This document shows, piece after piece, positions 38,858 to 48,408 of a DNA stretch of 64,000 bases (the first letter of the stretch is position 1; each line of letters opens with the position of its first letter). The stretch comes from Patescibacteria group bacterium. GTDB taxonomy: Bacteria > Patescibacteriota > UBA1384 > UBA12157 > JAENIV01. The position numbers and the translations under genes are program-made. The stretch covers positions 6,855-70,854 of the forward strand of contig JBEKTP010000001.1 in NCBI GenBank assembly GCA_049515915.1. Direction: 5' to 3'. A model generated the notes under the pieces. That model had not been told where the DNA came from, ran no database searches, and saw only the letters and a program-made list of their open reading frames with translations.

Positions 38858-40221
38858 TTTAAGACAAGCTCCTTAAACAATTGACCTCTTTCTTGATAAT
38901 TTTTATAGCGGTCAAACGAAGCCGAAGCCGGTGAAAGAATGACCACGTCACCCGGCTGGGCTTTTTCTTGAGCCAGCGATATTGCCTCCGACATTGATTT
39001 AATCCCCGAAATTATCTCAATTTTCGGATTGGAAATTTCTTTGATAATTCTATCGGCCGTCAGCCCGATCGGCACAACCATTTTGACCGTACTTTGGGTA
39101 ATTACATCGGCAAGCTCACGGTAGTCAGCGTTCTTTTCTGATCCGCCCAAAAACAAAATAATTGGCTCAGAAAATGACTTGATGGCGGCGATAGCCGTGT
39201 CGGGGGTCGTGGAGAAAGAATCGTTATAATATTTAACGCCCGAAACTTCGCCTACTAATTCCAAACGATGCTCAAGTCCTTTAAAACCCGCCACCGTATT
39301 TTGAATCGATGAGATGTCAGCCCCAGCTAAATACGCCGCCGTCACCGCAGCGCAGATATTTTCCAAATTATGCGACCCGCGTAATTGAACTTTGGCAATA
39401 TCAATGATTTCTTTTTCAAAATCTTCAGTCCTTAAGATGATTTTTCCATCCAAAACAAAGGCGCCCAAATCGACGGATTTTCTTCTTGAAAAATAATAAA
39501 CTTTGGCCGGTGTTTGGGCGGCAAACTCAAAACTAGTCAAATAGTCAGCGCAGATGACGGCAAAATCAGAATCTTGCTGAAAGTCAACAATATTTTTTTT
39601 GGCTTCGATATATTCCTTCGGACCGCTATGATAATCTAAATGGTCAACTTTAATATCTAAAACCACGGCAATGTGCGGCGATTTTTTAAGATCTTGAAGT
39701 TGAAAACTCGAAAGTTCCAAGATGACAAGATCATTGACTTTTAGTTGATCCAGAAATTCAATCGGGGGTTGGCCAATATTACCGCCCACAAAAACATGCT
39801 TGCCGCTTTGCTTGAGGATCTCGCCGATTAAAGTCGTGGTCGTGCCTTTGCCTTTAGTCCCGGTTACCCCAATAATAGGGGATGGACACCTTGCAAAAAA
39901 CAATTTGGTTTGGGAAGAAATTTCGGCCCCGCTGTTTTTTGCCTCCCGAATTTTTGAATGAAGATAGGGGAGTCCGGGCGTGCGAAAAATAATGTCGTAA
40001 TTTTTAAGATTATCCAAATAGTCTTCGCCGAGTTGATAGTCAATCCCGTCTAAATTCTTTAATCGCGCCAAATTTTCTTTGAGCTCCTCTCTACTCTTTT
40101 GATCGCAAACTGTAACTAAAGCCCCCTCTTTTATCAGATAGGAGACCAAGGCGACATTCTCGTCACCCAAGCCCAAAACAGCTACCCTCTTATTTCTAAG
40201 TTTTTCTTTGATACTCTTCAT
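38854..40221 (-). CDS. murD: UDP-MurNAc-L-Ala--D-glutamate ligase
   Basis: GTKGKGTT, ELSSFQL, HRLE, SPASASFD. Confidence 0.95.
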   Translation of the reverse strand: MKSIKEKLRNKRVAVLGLGDENVALVSYLIKEGALVTVCDQKSREELKENLARLKNLDGIDYQLGEDYLDNLKNYDIIFRTPGLPYLHSKIREAKNSGAEISSQTKLFFARCPSPIIGVTGTKGKGTTTTLIGEILKQSGKHVFVGGNIGQPPIEFLDQLKVNDLVILELSSFQLQDLKKSPHIAVVLDIKVDHLDYHSGPKEYIEAKKNIVDFQQDSDFAVICADYLTSFEFAAQTPAKVYYFSRRKSVDLGAFVLDGKIILRTEDFEKEIIDIAKVQLRGSHNLENICAAVTAAYLAGADISSIQNTVAGFKGLEHRLELVGEVSGVKYYNDSFSTTPDTAIAAIKSFSEPIILFLGGSEKNADYRELADVITQSTVKMVVPIGLTADRIIKEISNPKIEIISGIKSMSEAISLAQEKAQPGDVVILSPASASFDRYKNYQERGQLFKELVLK

Positions 40222-40225
40222 AATA

Positions 40226-40972
40226 TTATTCAGTTTTAAGGCCGATGATGGCCGCCGAGACCGGTGCTTTTTCTTGTTCAAGCCGATGACTGCCAAAGAC
40301 ACCGTTATGACAGACCGGGCAAATCTGACTGATTTCGATATTTTGATGGGTTATCCCTGCCTCGTTTAAATCACTCCGGATGGCCTTCCTTAAATCAACA
40401 TAACCGTCTTTATTGCGGACTAAAGAGGCCATCGGATAAAGCCCCAGAAATTTTTTTAACACGTCCCGGCCAATCACAAAATGTCTCTGACAAATCCCCG
40501 GGGCAACGCCAATCATGAGACTTGGCGGCTCGGCCCCACTCATTTGTAAACCATGGATTAAATTGGTCACGATGCCCGCCATAATCCCCCGCCAGCCGGC
40601 GTGAGCGATGCCAATAACATGATTGAGCGGATCATAAGCCAAAATCGGGAAACAATCGGCGGCGGTGACCATCAAATTTAAGCCCCGAGCAGTGGTGACC
40701 AAGCCGTCTACTCCTTTAATATCGTCAGGGGCGGTGGCGCCTTTTCCCTTTTCAGCTAAACCGACGGCGATCACTTTAGCGCCATGAACAATTTCGGGCA
40801 TGACCACCTCGGCCAGATTTAAACCCAACTCTTTAAGAAAATGCTGCCGGTTTTGGATGACTTTGCCCTGCTCGCCCCGGTAAAAACTCATATTGCCGTC
40901 AGCGCGATTGGAAATCCCCTGGCTGATTTCCGGAAATTTGGAAAATAAAGAAAACTTAAAACAAGATTCCAT
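40226..40972 (-). CDS. pgeF: YfiH/PgeF laccase-domain protein
   Basis: ADCFPI, AHAGWRG. Confidence 0.9.
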   Translation of the reverse strand: MESCFKFSLFSKFPEISQGISNRADGNMSFYRGEQGKVIQNRQHFLKELGLNLAEVVMPEIVHGAKVIAVGLAEKGKGATAPDDIKGVDGLVTTARGLNLMVTAADCFPILAYDPLNHVIGIAHAGWRGIMAGIVTNLIHGLQMSGAEPPSLMIGVAPGICQRHFVIGRDVLKKFLGLYPMASLVRNKDGYVDLRKAIRSDLNEAGITHQNIEISQICPVCHNGVFGSHRLEQEKAPVSAAIIGLKTE

Positions 40973-41090
40973 TACGTTTATTGTATCAAAATGACCGCTT
41001 ATATGGAAGAAGAAATCTTGCTGAGAGTAAAATCCAAGCTTTAAACCCAGTCACTAAGCACTGTTGGATAACCAATTGATAATTCCTTGA

Positions 41091-42116
41091 TTAAATGCCC
41101 CGACCAATGAGGGCAATCATTAAGCCGATGGAGGCCATGATGGCCGAGATTACCCAAAAACGCATCGTCACTTTGGTTTCCGGCCAGCCTAGCGCCTCCA
41201 AATGATGGTGAACCGGGGCGGAAAGAAAGACTTTCTTTTTAAAAACTCTTTTGGAAAAAATTTGAATAATGACCGAAAATGCTTCAATAACAAAGACAAA
41301 ACCGATGATCGGCAAAACCGCCACCGTGTTAGTCAAAAAAGCAATCACGCCCAACGTCATCCCCAAAGCCATCGAGCCCGTATCACCCATAAAAAATCGG
41401 GCGGGATAAATATTAAACCACAAAAAGGCTAGCAAGGCGCCCACCACCGTTCCGCAAAAAGCGGCTAAAGCGAATTTACCCAGGACAAAAGCAATGACAG
41501 CATAGGCGGCGTAGGCAATCACTAACGTGCCGCCCGCCAAACCGTCTAACCCGTCAGTCTCGTTGACGGCAAAAGCAAAAAAGGTAATGACCACCATAAA
41601 CAAAGGAATATACCAGAGTCCGAGCGAATAATCGCCGACCCCGGGTAAATGAAACATATCCCAGCCAAGTTTAAAGTAGAACCACCCCGCGCCTACCACC
41701 GCGATGGTCAGATAGATCAACAATTTATAGCGAAAACGCAACCCGCCGTTATTCGGTCCCCGTCCTTTAATATTGGCTAAATCATCAATCGCCCCGATCA
41801 TGCCGGTGGCAACCAACGCAAATAAAGGTAACCAGGTCCCGGCGCGGGAAAGATTAAAAAGTAAGGTAATAACGGCAACCGTCACCCAGATTAATAAACC
41901 GCCCATCGTCGGCGTATTTTCTTTGCCTTTATGGAGACGATAAAAAATCGGCGCGGTTTTCTCATCGTAACCAGTTTTTCTGATCCTTTTCCCCAGACGG
42001 TTGCGATACAAAAAATCAGTAAATAAGGGCGTCCAGATAACCGCGATAATAAAGGCCAGTGATGTCAACCAAAAAATCTTGGCTAAGTCCGGCACGTAAA
42101 GTTGAATCGTTTCCAT
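41091..42116 (-). CDS. mraY: Phospho-N-acetylmuramoyl-pentapeptide transferase
   Basis: TPTMGG, NETDGLDGL, FMGDTGS, APVHHH. Confidence 0.97.
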   Translation of the reverse strand: METIQLYVPDLAKIFWLTSLAFIIAVIWTPLFTDFLYRNRLGKRIRKTGYDEKTAPIFYRLHKGKENTPTMGGLLIWVTVAVITLLFNLSRAGTWLPLFALVATGMIGAIDDLANIKGRGPNNGGLRFRYKLLIYLTIAVVGAGWFYFKLGWDMFHLPGVGDYSLGLWYIPLFMVVITFFAFAVNETDGLDGLAGGTLVIAYAAYAVIAFVLGKFALAAFCGTVVGALLAFLWFNIYPARFFMGDTGSMALGMTLGVIAFLTNTVAVLPIIGFVFVIEAFSVIIQIFSKRVFKKKVFLSAPVHHHLEALGWPETKVTMRFWVISAIMASIGLMIALIGRGI

Positions 42117-42119
42117 AAA

Positions 42120-43304
42120 TTAATCCGCTTTTAAGGCTTCCACGATTTTTTCTAAACCCATGCCTCGGGAGGCCTTAATTAAAATTATATCACCTTTTTG
42201 AATCTCACCCAAAAGGTAAGCAATAACCTCTGCTTGTTTTTCAAAATGTTTTTTTGCCCCGTACAATTTCGCCAATGGGCCAATGGCCAGAACTTCGTCC
42301 GCACTCTCGGCGGCGTATTTTCCAATCAATTGATGCGCTTCCTCTTTGATCGTGCCCAGTTCGAGCATGTCGCCCAAAACGGCAATTTTTCTTGAGCCTT
42401 CTGTTTTTCGCAGCACATCGAGAGCCACCTTCATAGAAAGCGGATTAGCATTATAAGCGTCATCAATTAAGACTGACTTATTTTTTCCTTCAAAAACTTG
42501 CAGGCGGTGTTTTTCACTCTGAATTTCAAGGAGTCCCTTTGTCATATCTTTTTGATCAATCTTAAAAATTTCACCGCAAGAGACCGCGGCCAAAGCCGCA
42601 TAAACATTGCCCACTCCGCCCAAAGTGTTCAAAAAAAGTGAAAACTCATCGACTGATGTTTTGATAGTCAAATCCGTTTTTGGCTGAAAATTGATAATTT
42701 TAGTTTGGATATTTTTTGCCATCACGTCAGCCGATTCGTAAATGGCGAAAGTTTTAATATTCTTGAGATTATTTTTTAACTTTTTTAACTCTTTATCGTC
42801 CACATTTAAAACGACCCAACCATCACTTTTAAGGGCTTCGAGAAGAGTCATTTTTTCTTTGATGAGATTTTCCATTGAGCCAAAAATCTCAAGGTGAGCC
42901 GGCCCAATATTGGTTAAAACCACAATATCGGGTTTAATAAAGCTGGTGATAAAACCAATATCCCCCGGTTTGTCCGCCGCTATTTCTAAAACTAAAAATT
43001 TTACTTTCTTCCCCAAATAGGCCATTAAAGGACTTGATATGAGCGGCCAGAGCCACTGATAAAATATGGCGGGCGATTTTTTAAACCCCAAGACGGCCAG
43101 GCCAACCCCGTTTTGAGTATTGAGATTGCCATAAGATTTTCGGACCTTTTTACCAAACCGAATTTTTAAGACGGCAAAAATGGCCTCTTTGGCGGAAGTT
43201 TTACCGGCCGACCCGGTCACGGCCACTATTTGAGGTTGAGCGCGCTGAAGATAAATCCTCGCCCAAAAGCGAAGATAATTTCGTAATAATTTCGATGGTC
43301 TCAT
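42120..43304 (-). CDS. murF: MurF ligase (short form)
   Basis: TGSAGKTS.KE, DDAYNANP, LGDMLELG, KASRG. Confidence 0.93.
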   Translation of the reverse strand: MRPSKLLRNYLRFWARIYLQRAQPQIVAVTGSAGKTSAKEAIFAVLKIRFGKKVRKSYGNLNTQNGVGLAVLGFKKSPAIFYQWLWPLISSPLMAYLGKKVKFLVLEIAADKPGDIGFITSFIKPDIVVLTNIGPAHLEIFGSMENLIKEKMTLLEALKSDGWVVLNVDDKELKKLKNNLKNIKTFAIYESADVMAKNIQTKIINFQPKTDLTIKTSVDEFSLFLNTLGGVGNVYAALAAVSCGEIFKIDQKDMTKGLLEIQSEKHRLQVFEGKNKSVLIDDAYNANPLSMKVALDVLRKTEGSRKIAVLGDMLELGTIKEEAHQLIGKYAAESADEVLAIGPLAKLYGAKKHFEKQAEVIAYLLGEIQKGDIILIKASRGMGLEKIVEALKAD

Positions 43305-43350
43305 TGGCTTTGTTTATTCTACCACTAAACCGGTTGTTTGTCGAGGGAAC

Positions 43351-45045
43351 CTACGATGATGGCGCAATGCCAAAATATTGCAAGAGCCACTGCGCCATTT
43401 CGCCAAAGGCGGGTGCGGCCGAATCCTCCGCCCAAGCCACCGTTTTAGGCTGGTCCAACCGGACAAGCATGACAAATTTAGGATCTTCCGCCGGCGCAAA
43501 GCCAACAAAAGAGCCGATTTGCCGATCAGTATAATAACCACCACTGGGATCAGGAATCTGGGCTGTTCCGGTCTTACCAGCAATATTATAACCAGCCACG
43601 CCGGCTTTTTTACCCTGACCGTCTTTGACGACCGAAACCATCATCTGAGTTACCTCCTGAGCAGTTTGAGCGCTTAAAACCGTTTTAACTTCCTCCGGGC
43701 TCTGCTTATCCACTTTGCCATTGGCTTCATGGATTTCGGAAACAATATATGGTTGCATTAAATGGCCGCCATTGGCAATGCTGGCAATGGCGGTGACAAG
43801 TTGTATGGGGGTAACCGAGATACCCTGACCAAAGGCAATCGTCGCCGCCTGAACATCGGACCATTTTTTTACGTCCGCCATAATGCCGGTCGATTCTGTA
43901 TTTAACTCAATCCCGGTCTTTCGGCCGAACCCAAAATTGGTTAAATATTGAGCTTCGGCCGCCTTACCCAGCTGCTGAGCTACCCAGACCATCCCGACAT
44001 TATCCGAGTTTTCCAAAACATTAGTCATCGTTTCCTTGCCGTAAGCGTGATCGGTGGCCGTGTGAATCTCATAACCATTAACCTTAACCATATTGGAAAA
44101 AGTTTGAGTGGTATCCGGCGTTACTTTGCCCTCATTAATGGCCGCCGCCATGATCAAAGGTTTAAAAACCGAGCCAGGCTCCCAAGCATTCGCAATGACC
44201 GGATTATTAAAAACGTTCTGCTCTCCTGAAGGAACCTGGTTGTAATTATTCGGATCGTAAGTGGGGTTGCCGGCCATGGCGTAAATGGCCCCCGTTTTCG
44301 GATCCATAATCACAATCGAGCCAGAATCGGCTTGATATTTCTTAATTGCTTCGGCCAAGACTTGTTCGGCCTGATATTGAATGGCATGATCAATCGTCAA
44401 AACCAAATCAGAGCCATTTTGGGGATTGATTTCCTCGCCGATACTAAAGAGACGCCCGGTAATATCTTTTTCGGCAGAAAGCAGACCGCTATCGCCTTTA
44501 AGTTCATCGTTATAATACCCTTCAAGACCGTATTGGCCGTCGCCATCTTTATTAACAAATCCTAAAACTTGAGAAGCCAGTTGCCCTTCCGGATAGACCC
44601 GCCCCATCTCCGGTAAAACGGTGACCCCGTTAATTTTTAAGGCGGCAATTTTATTGCCCTCTTCTTCAGTCAGACCATGTTTGATCGGCGGAAGATAGTT
44701 TTTATTATTATTGATCAAATTAAAAATATCCGCCTGACTCATTTGTAAAATGGAGGCTAATTCGCCAGCCACTTGATCGGGATTGGTGATTTGGCTGGGG
44801 ACCGCTAAAACTTGATAGCTTTGAACGTTCGTCGCCAAAGGAAACATATCGGAGGCGTAAATTTGGCCGCGTTGGGAAGGTAATGACTCCTTAACCATAT
44901 ATTGATTTTCCGCCGCCGTGGCGTAAACACCATGCTCAAGAACTTGTTTTTGAAAAAGACGAAAGCCCAAAATCAGGCCTAAAATTACCACCAAGCCAGT
45001 CGCGATGCGAATTCTTTTGTTCCAGACATCGTCTTTAATCATCAC
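43351..45045 (-). CDS. ftsI: Class B PBP, FtsI-like
   Basis: RGQIY, R.YP, EPGSVFK, SDN, KTGTAQ. Confidence 0.92.
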   Translation of the reverse strand: MMIKDDVWNKRIRIATGLVVILGLILGFRLFQKQVLEHGVYATAAENQYMVKESLPSQRGQIYASDMFPLATNVQSYQVLAVPSQITNPDQVAGELASILQMSQADIFNLINNNKNYLPPIKHGLTEEEGNKIAALKINGVTVLPEMGRVYPEGQLASQVLGFVNKDGDGQYGLEGYYNDELKGDSGLLSAEKDITGRLFSIGEEINPQNGSDLVLTIDHAIQYQAEQVLAEAIKKYQADSGSIVIMDPKTGAIYAMAGNPTYDPNNYNQVPSGEQNVFNNPVIANAWEPGSVFKPLIMAAAINEGKVTPDTTQTFSNMVKVNGYEIHTATDHAYGKETMTNVLENSDNVGMVWVAQQLGKAAEAQYLTNFGFGRKTGIELNTESTGIMADVKKWSDVQAATIAFGQGISVTPIQLVTAIASIANGGHLMQPYIVSEIHEANGKVDKQSPEEVKTVLSAQTAQEVTQMMVSVVKDGQGKKAGVAGYNIAGKTGTAQIPDPSGGYYTDRQIGSFVGFAPAEDPKFVMLVRLDQPKTVAWAEDSAAPAFGEMAQWLLQYFGIAPSS

Positions 45046-45097
45046 TTTAAAAAATAATTCCCAATTTTTTAAGATTGAAAGTGAATTTTTTCAGAGA

Positions 45098-45403
45098 CTA
45101 ATTGGTCGGCACCAAACCCATATTCGTCGCACTGGTTTTAATTTCGTTGAGAGACTGCAGCCGGGCCGATTCAACCTGGAGTTGTTTTAAATCCATTTGT
45201 TCATTGCCGACTTTGGTCTGTAAATTCATCACCTGATATTTCAAAGAAGTCGCCTGCGTGCTTTGAGCCAAATAAAACAAGGCCGCCGTCGCGATAAGAG
45301 CAATGGTGACAAATTTCAAAGAAACTGGCCCTAATTTTAATTCACTTTTAACCGTTCTTTTTCGAATTCCCGCTTCCCAACTGTTCGATTGAGTGATGAG
45401 CAT
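45098..45403 (-). CDS. ftsL: FtsL-like bitopic coiled-coil protein
   Basis: TM plus coiled coil ending A..MGLV, between rsmH and ftsI. Confidence 0.7.
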   Translation of the reverse strand: MLITQSNSWEAGIRKRTVKSELKLGPVSLKFVTIALIATAALFYLAQSTQATSLKYQVMNLQTKVGNEQMDLKQLQVESARLQSLNEIKTSATNMGLVPTN

Positions 45404-45430
45404 TTCCCCTCCAAAGACTTAGATGATTAA

Positions 45431-46306
45431 TCATGTTTTAATGGCTGCCCGGAGCTTGGCCGAGCGCGATCTCGGGTTGGCCCGAATTTCTTCCATAGAT
45501 GCCGTTATCGGCTTCCGTGTTAAAAGAGTCAAATTATTTTCCTTAAAAAACCTTTTAACAATTCTGTCCTCAAGCGAATGAAACGAGATCACGACGATTC
45601 TCCCGCCTGGAGACAAAATTTGTAAAGCTTGTTTTAAACCGCTTTCCAGCACTTTTAATTCATCGTTGGTCGCAATCCGAAAAGCTTGAAATGTTTTGGT
45701 CGCCCAATGAATTCGACCGGTCTGAAATCTTAAAGGGATGACCCGAGAGACAATTTCCACCAGTTCCGCCGTCCGGGTAATCGGCTTTTGCGCTCTTACC
45801 TTAACGATTTCGGCCGCAATTTTAGCCGCCCATGGCTCTTCCCCATAATCTTTTAAAATTCTTTTCAGCTCCTGAAATTTGGCTCGATTAATTATTTGAG
45901 CGGCTGTTATTTGGATTTTGGGCGACATTCTCATATCGAGAGGCGCATCACCCCTAAAAGAGAAGCCACGCTCCTCGGAGGTTAACTGATCAGTGGAAGT
46001 GCCTAAATCAAAGAGAATCCCGGCAATTTCTCCCACTTTCCAATCGCGGATGACTAAACCCAATTCGGCAAAATTCACCTGAGCAAACTGAACCCGTCCA
46101 AGATAATTTTTAAGCTGCTTTTTGGCTTCTTCGATAGCCACCGGGTCCTGATCAATCGCGAGGAGCTGACCTTTGGGAAAAGTTTTTTTCAAGATTTCTC
46201 GAGCATGGCCGCCAAAACCGACGGTGGAATCAATAAAATTTTGGTTGGGTTTTGGTTTTAAAGATTCCAATACTTCAGAGACCAGCACCGGAATGTGTTC
46301 AGGCAT
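45431..46306 (-). CDS. rsmH: 16S rRNA m4C1402 methyltransferase
   Basis: HIPVL, GGH, LDMRM, SFHSLEDR, NPRSRSAKLR. Confidence 0.97.
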   Translation of the reverse strand: MPEHIPVLVSEVLESLKPKPNQNFIDSTVGFGGHAREILKKTFPKGQLLAIDQDPVAIEEAKKQLKNYLGRVQFAQVNFAELGLVIRDWKVGEIAGILFDLGTSTDQLTSEERGFSFRGDAPLDMRMSPKIQITAAQIINRAKFQELKRILKDYGEEPWAAKIAAEIVKVRAQKPITRTAELVEIVSRVIPLRFQTGRIHWATKTFQAFRIATNDELKVLESGLKQALQILSPGGRIVVISFHSLEDRIVKRFFKENNLTLLTRKPITASMEEIRANPRSRSAKLRAAIKT

Positions 46307-46610
46307 TTTTTCCTTTGCGGGCGGCTAGTCTTTAAGGGCCGGCTTGTCAGGCTTTAAAAGGCGCGGCGGGCAGGGCGCTGGAAAGAGATTAGCAGCCAGT
46401 GCCCCTCCTTAATTTGCTTTAAGCTTTCGCCTAGAGCAAAAATAACCAATTTTGTTTTGCCCCACGCCGGCCCAATATGGGACGGGCAGGGCCTGAAAAA
46501 TATTTCCGTGCAGCCTTTTGTTTTACCTGGCTGCTAATCTTACAAGAAAGTTTATTCGAGATGGAAAATGCGAGCTGTTAGCGCTCTCTCATTTCCCAGG
46601 CCGAATTTTC
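46307..46610 (-). promoter_or_regulatory. Structured mraZ-rsmH intergenic RNA (candidate cis element)
   Basis: Perfect 14-bp inverted repeat 46386-46399 / 46527-46540 plus competing local hairpins. Confidence 0.55.
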
Positions 46611-47042
46611 CTACACCCCCAGATCCATCATGTGTTTTGAAATTTCGTCAGTCTGCTTTTCGGTCGTTTCCTTAAATTTCTGCCAAGCCGATTTCTCCCA
46701 GATCTCTAAACGATTATACAAACCGGCGATCACCGCCTCCCGTTTTAAGTTTGCATATTCCTTAAGATATCCCGGTAGAAGCGCCCTTCCTTGAGAGTCA
46801 AATTCAACCTCCATCGCCCCCGCCAGCATTAATCGGGAAAAAGCGCGTGATTTCGGATCGGAAATTGGCAACTGGGCCAACTTCCCGGCCAAATTTTCCC
46901 ATTCTTTTTTTGTAAAAACCCAAAGACATTTATCCAAACCGCGGGTAATGACCGCCCCACCCCCAAGTTCCCTTCTCATTTTGGAAGGAACAGCCATCCG
47001 ACCTTTCGGGTCGATTATATGTGTGTATTCTCCTATGAACAT
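46611..47042 (-). CDS. mraZ: Transcriptional regulator MraZ
   Basis: MFIGEY.H.ID.KGR, DSQGR, RLEIW. Confidence 0.97.
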   Translation of the reverse strand: MFIGEYTHIIDPKGRMAVPSKMRRELGGGAVITRGLDKCLWVFTKKEWENLAGKLAQLPISDPKSRAFSRLMLAGAMEVEFDSQGRALLPGYLKEYANLKREAVIAGLYNRLEIWEKSAWQKFKETTEKQTDEISKHMMDLGV

Positions 47043-47057
47043 TGATCTATCTTAGAG

Positions 47058-47145
47058 TTATCCCCAGCTTCCCTTGGTTTTCCCCACTTTTATCCACAAT
47101 TTGACACTCTGGATTTATCTTATGTCACCGTGATACCTAAGTCAA
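47058..47145 (-). promoter_or_regulatory. mraZ promoter with MraZ binding repeats
   Basis: TTGACT-17-TAAGAT, then 10-bp-phased GTGGATAAAA GTGGGGAAAA CCAAGGGAAG CTGGGGATAA. Confidence 0.75.
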
Positions 47146-47180
47146 CATTTTGTCAAGACCTTCAAGCTCAAAAACTCCCC

Positions 47181-47752
47181 AAAACAAAAAAACACCTCTA
47201 AAAAGAGGTGAAGCCGGGAGCCGCGGAGGAGGCTCCCGGCGTTCAAGCGAACCAGTATGTGGCTACCGGTTCGCAAAAGTTGGGTAGTGCTCGGCAGCAA
47301 TCATGGCCGCCGAGCGGAAGGGTCGAAGAGAGCTTGGATAAGACCCCAAGCTATCTCCGCCAGGCGGTGAGCGGGCGCGCGAGATCACGAGCAGTCGATT
47401 TGGGACCGGTCGCGGGCTCAACCTCTGATGAAACAAGGTTTCGCCCAGCAAACACGCGGCCGAAAGACAAGGCTGCTCGGGCAACGCTCCCGTTTCGGTG
47501 AAGCCCAACAGAGCGCCGGTCAAAACCGGAAAAGCCACGACCTGCATCATGCTCTGTCCCCCGATTACGCCCAAGATACCACACCGAACCGACCAATGAA
47601 CCTTCCATCAAAAGTGCAAGGAGAGGAGCCGCTCAGGACTGTTCATCTTAGAACGGTACTTACCGTTACATTTGCTGGTACTTAACTGTCACTCAGCCGC
47701 AACTAGAGTCCTTCCACCCATAACGCCGTTCGACTTTCGAACAGCTCCTCTA
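47181..47752 (-). ncRNA. Candidate structured ncRNA A (~570 nt)
   Basis: TTGACG-17-TTAAAT promoter (47786-47758), serial GC-rich hairpins, terminator CACCTCT-TTTT-AGAGGTG plus T tract; no credible ORF. Confidence 0.55.
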
Positions 47753-47794
47753 AATCTATTTAACCGCAAGCTTTTGGCAGCGTCAAGACTCTCA

Positions 47795-48355
47795 ACAAAA
47801 AAGATCAAGGCTCGAGACGAATCTCGAGCCTTGTAAATGAAACGGCTTTTGGCCGGGTGATTTTTCGGACTCCGCAGTGACACTGCGGAGTCCGAGTACC
47901 CAGAACCCAGATACATAGGAGATACGGGATCAGGGCGGTGTCCACCGAGGGGGACTAACTGAACGGTGGACACCTTGGCGCGGGAGGGAGTTGCGCTGAT
48001 GAGGGCACTAGGCCTTGGCGATGCCAAGACCCAGTGTAAAGGGAGGGTGCCAGTCCGAAGAAGATCGAGAATGTTTCCCGGCCGTCCGGTCTCCACGGAC
48101 AGCCGGGTTAAAGCAGGAGGTCGCATGACGAGTTGGCTTCGGACGCTGACACCGAAACCAACCCAGGATGAGAGCACTTCCGGCCCTTAAGGGGACCTAA
48201 GGAACCGGAAGTGTCATGAGAGGGAGACGACCCAACGATGGTTAGAAAAGAGCAAGGAGATTGCGTTTCGAGACATTCGATCGCCTCATCTGCCGTTTCT
48301 TCGCTTTTTTGGGTTTGCAAGGATCAGCCTTTTGTCACCTCAAAACGCAACCTCA
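47795..48355 (-). ncRNA. Candidate structured ncRNA B (~560 nt)
   Basis: TTGACA-18-TATTAT promoter (48390-48361), serial hairpins, terminator 47806-47833 plus T tract. Confidence 0.55.
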
Positions 48356-48408
48356 AATCGATAATAACTCAAAAAGTAAGCGCTTGTCAATAAGAACAAT
48401 AATTCTTT

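Noticed and set aside
47425-47465. Hammerhead ribozyme (CTGATGA...GAAA on the plus strand)
   Set aside because: No proper stem II between the core motifs, and it is antisense to the promoter-defined strand.
47181-47752. RNase P RNA identity (GAAAGTCGAAC could pair with GTTCGCTT like P4)
   Set aside because: Lacks the GAGGAAAGUCC and ACAGAA conserved contexts; both segments form local hairpins. No tmRNA ends or SRP helix 8 either.
47208-48320. Several 70-162 aa ORFs on both strands
   Set aside because: Mutually overlapping, no recognisable domains, Pro/Arg/Ser-rich as expected from GC-rich hairpin DNA.
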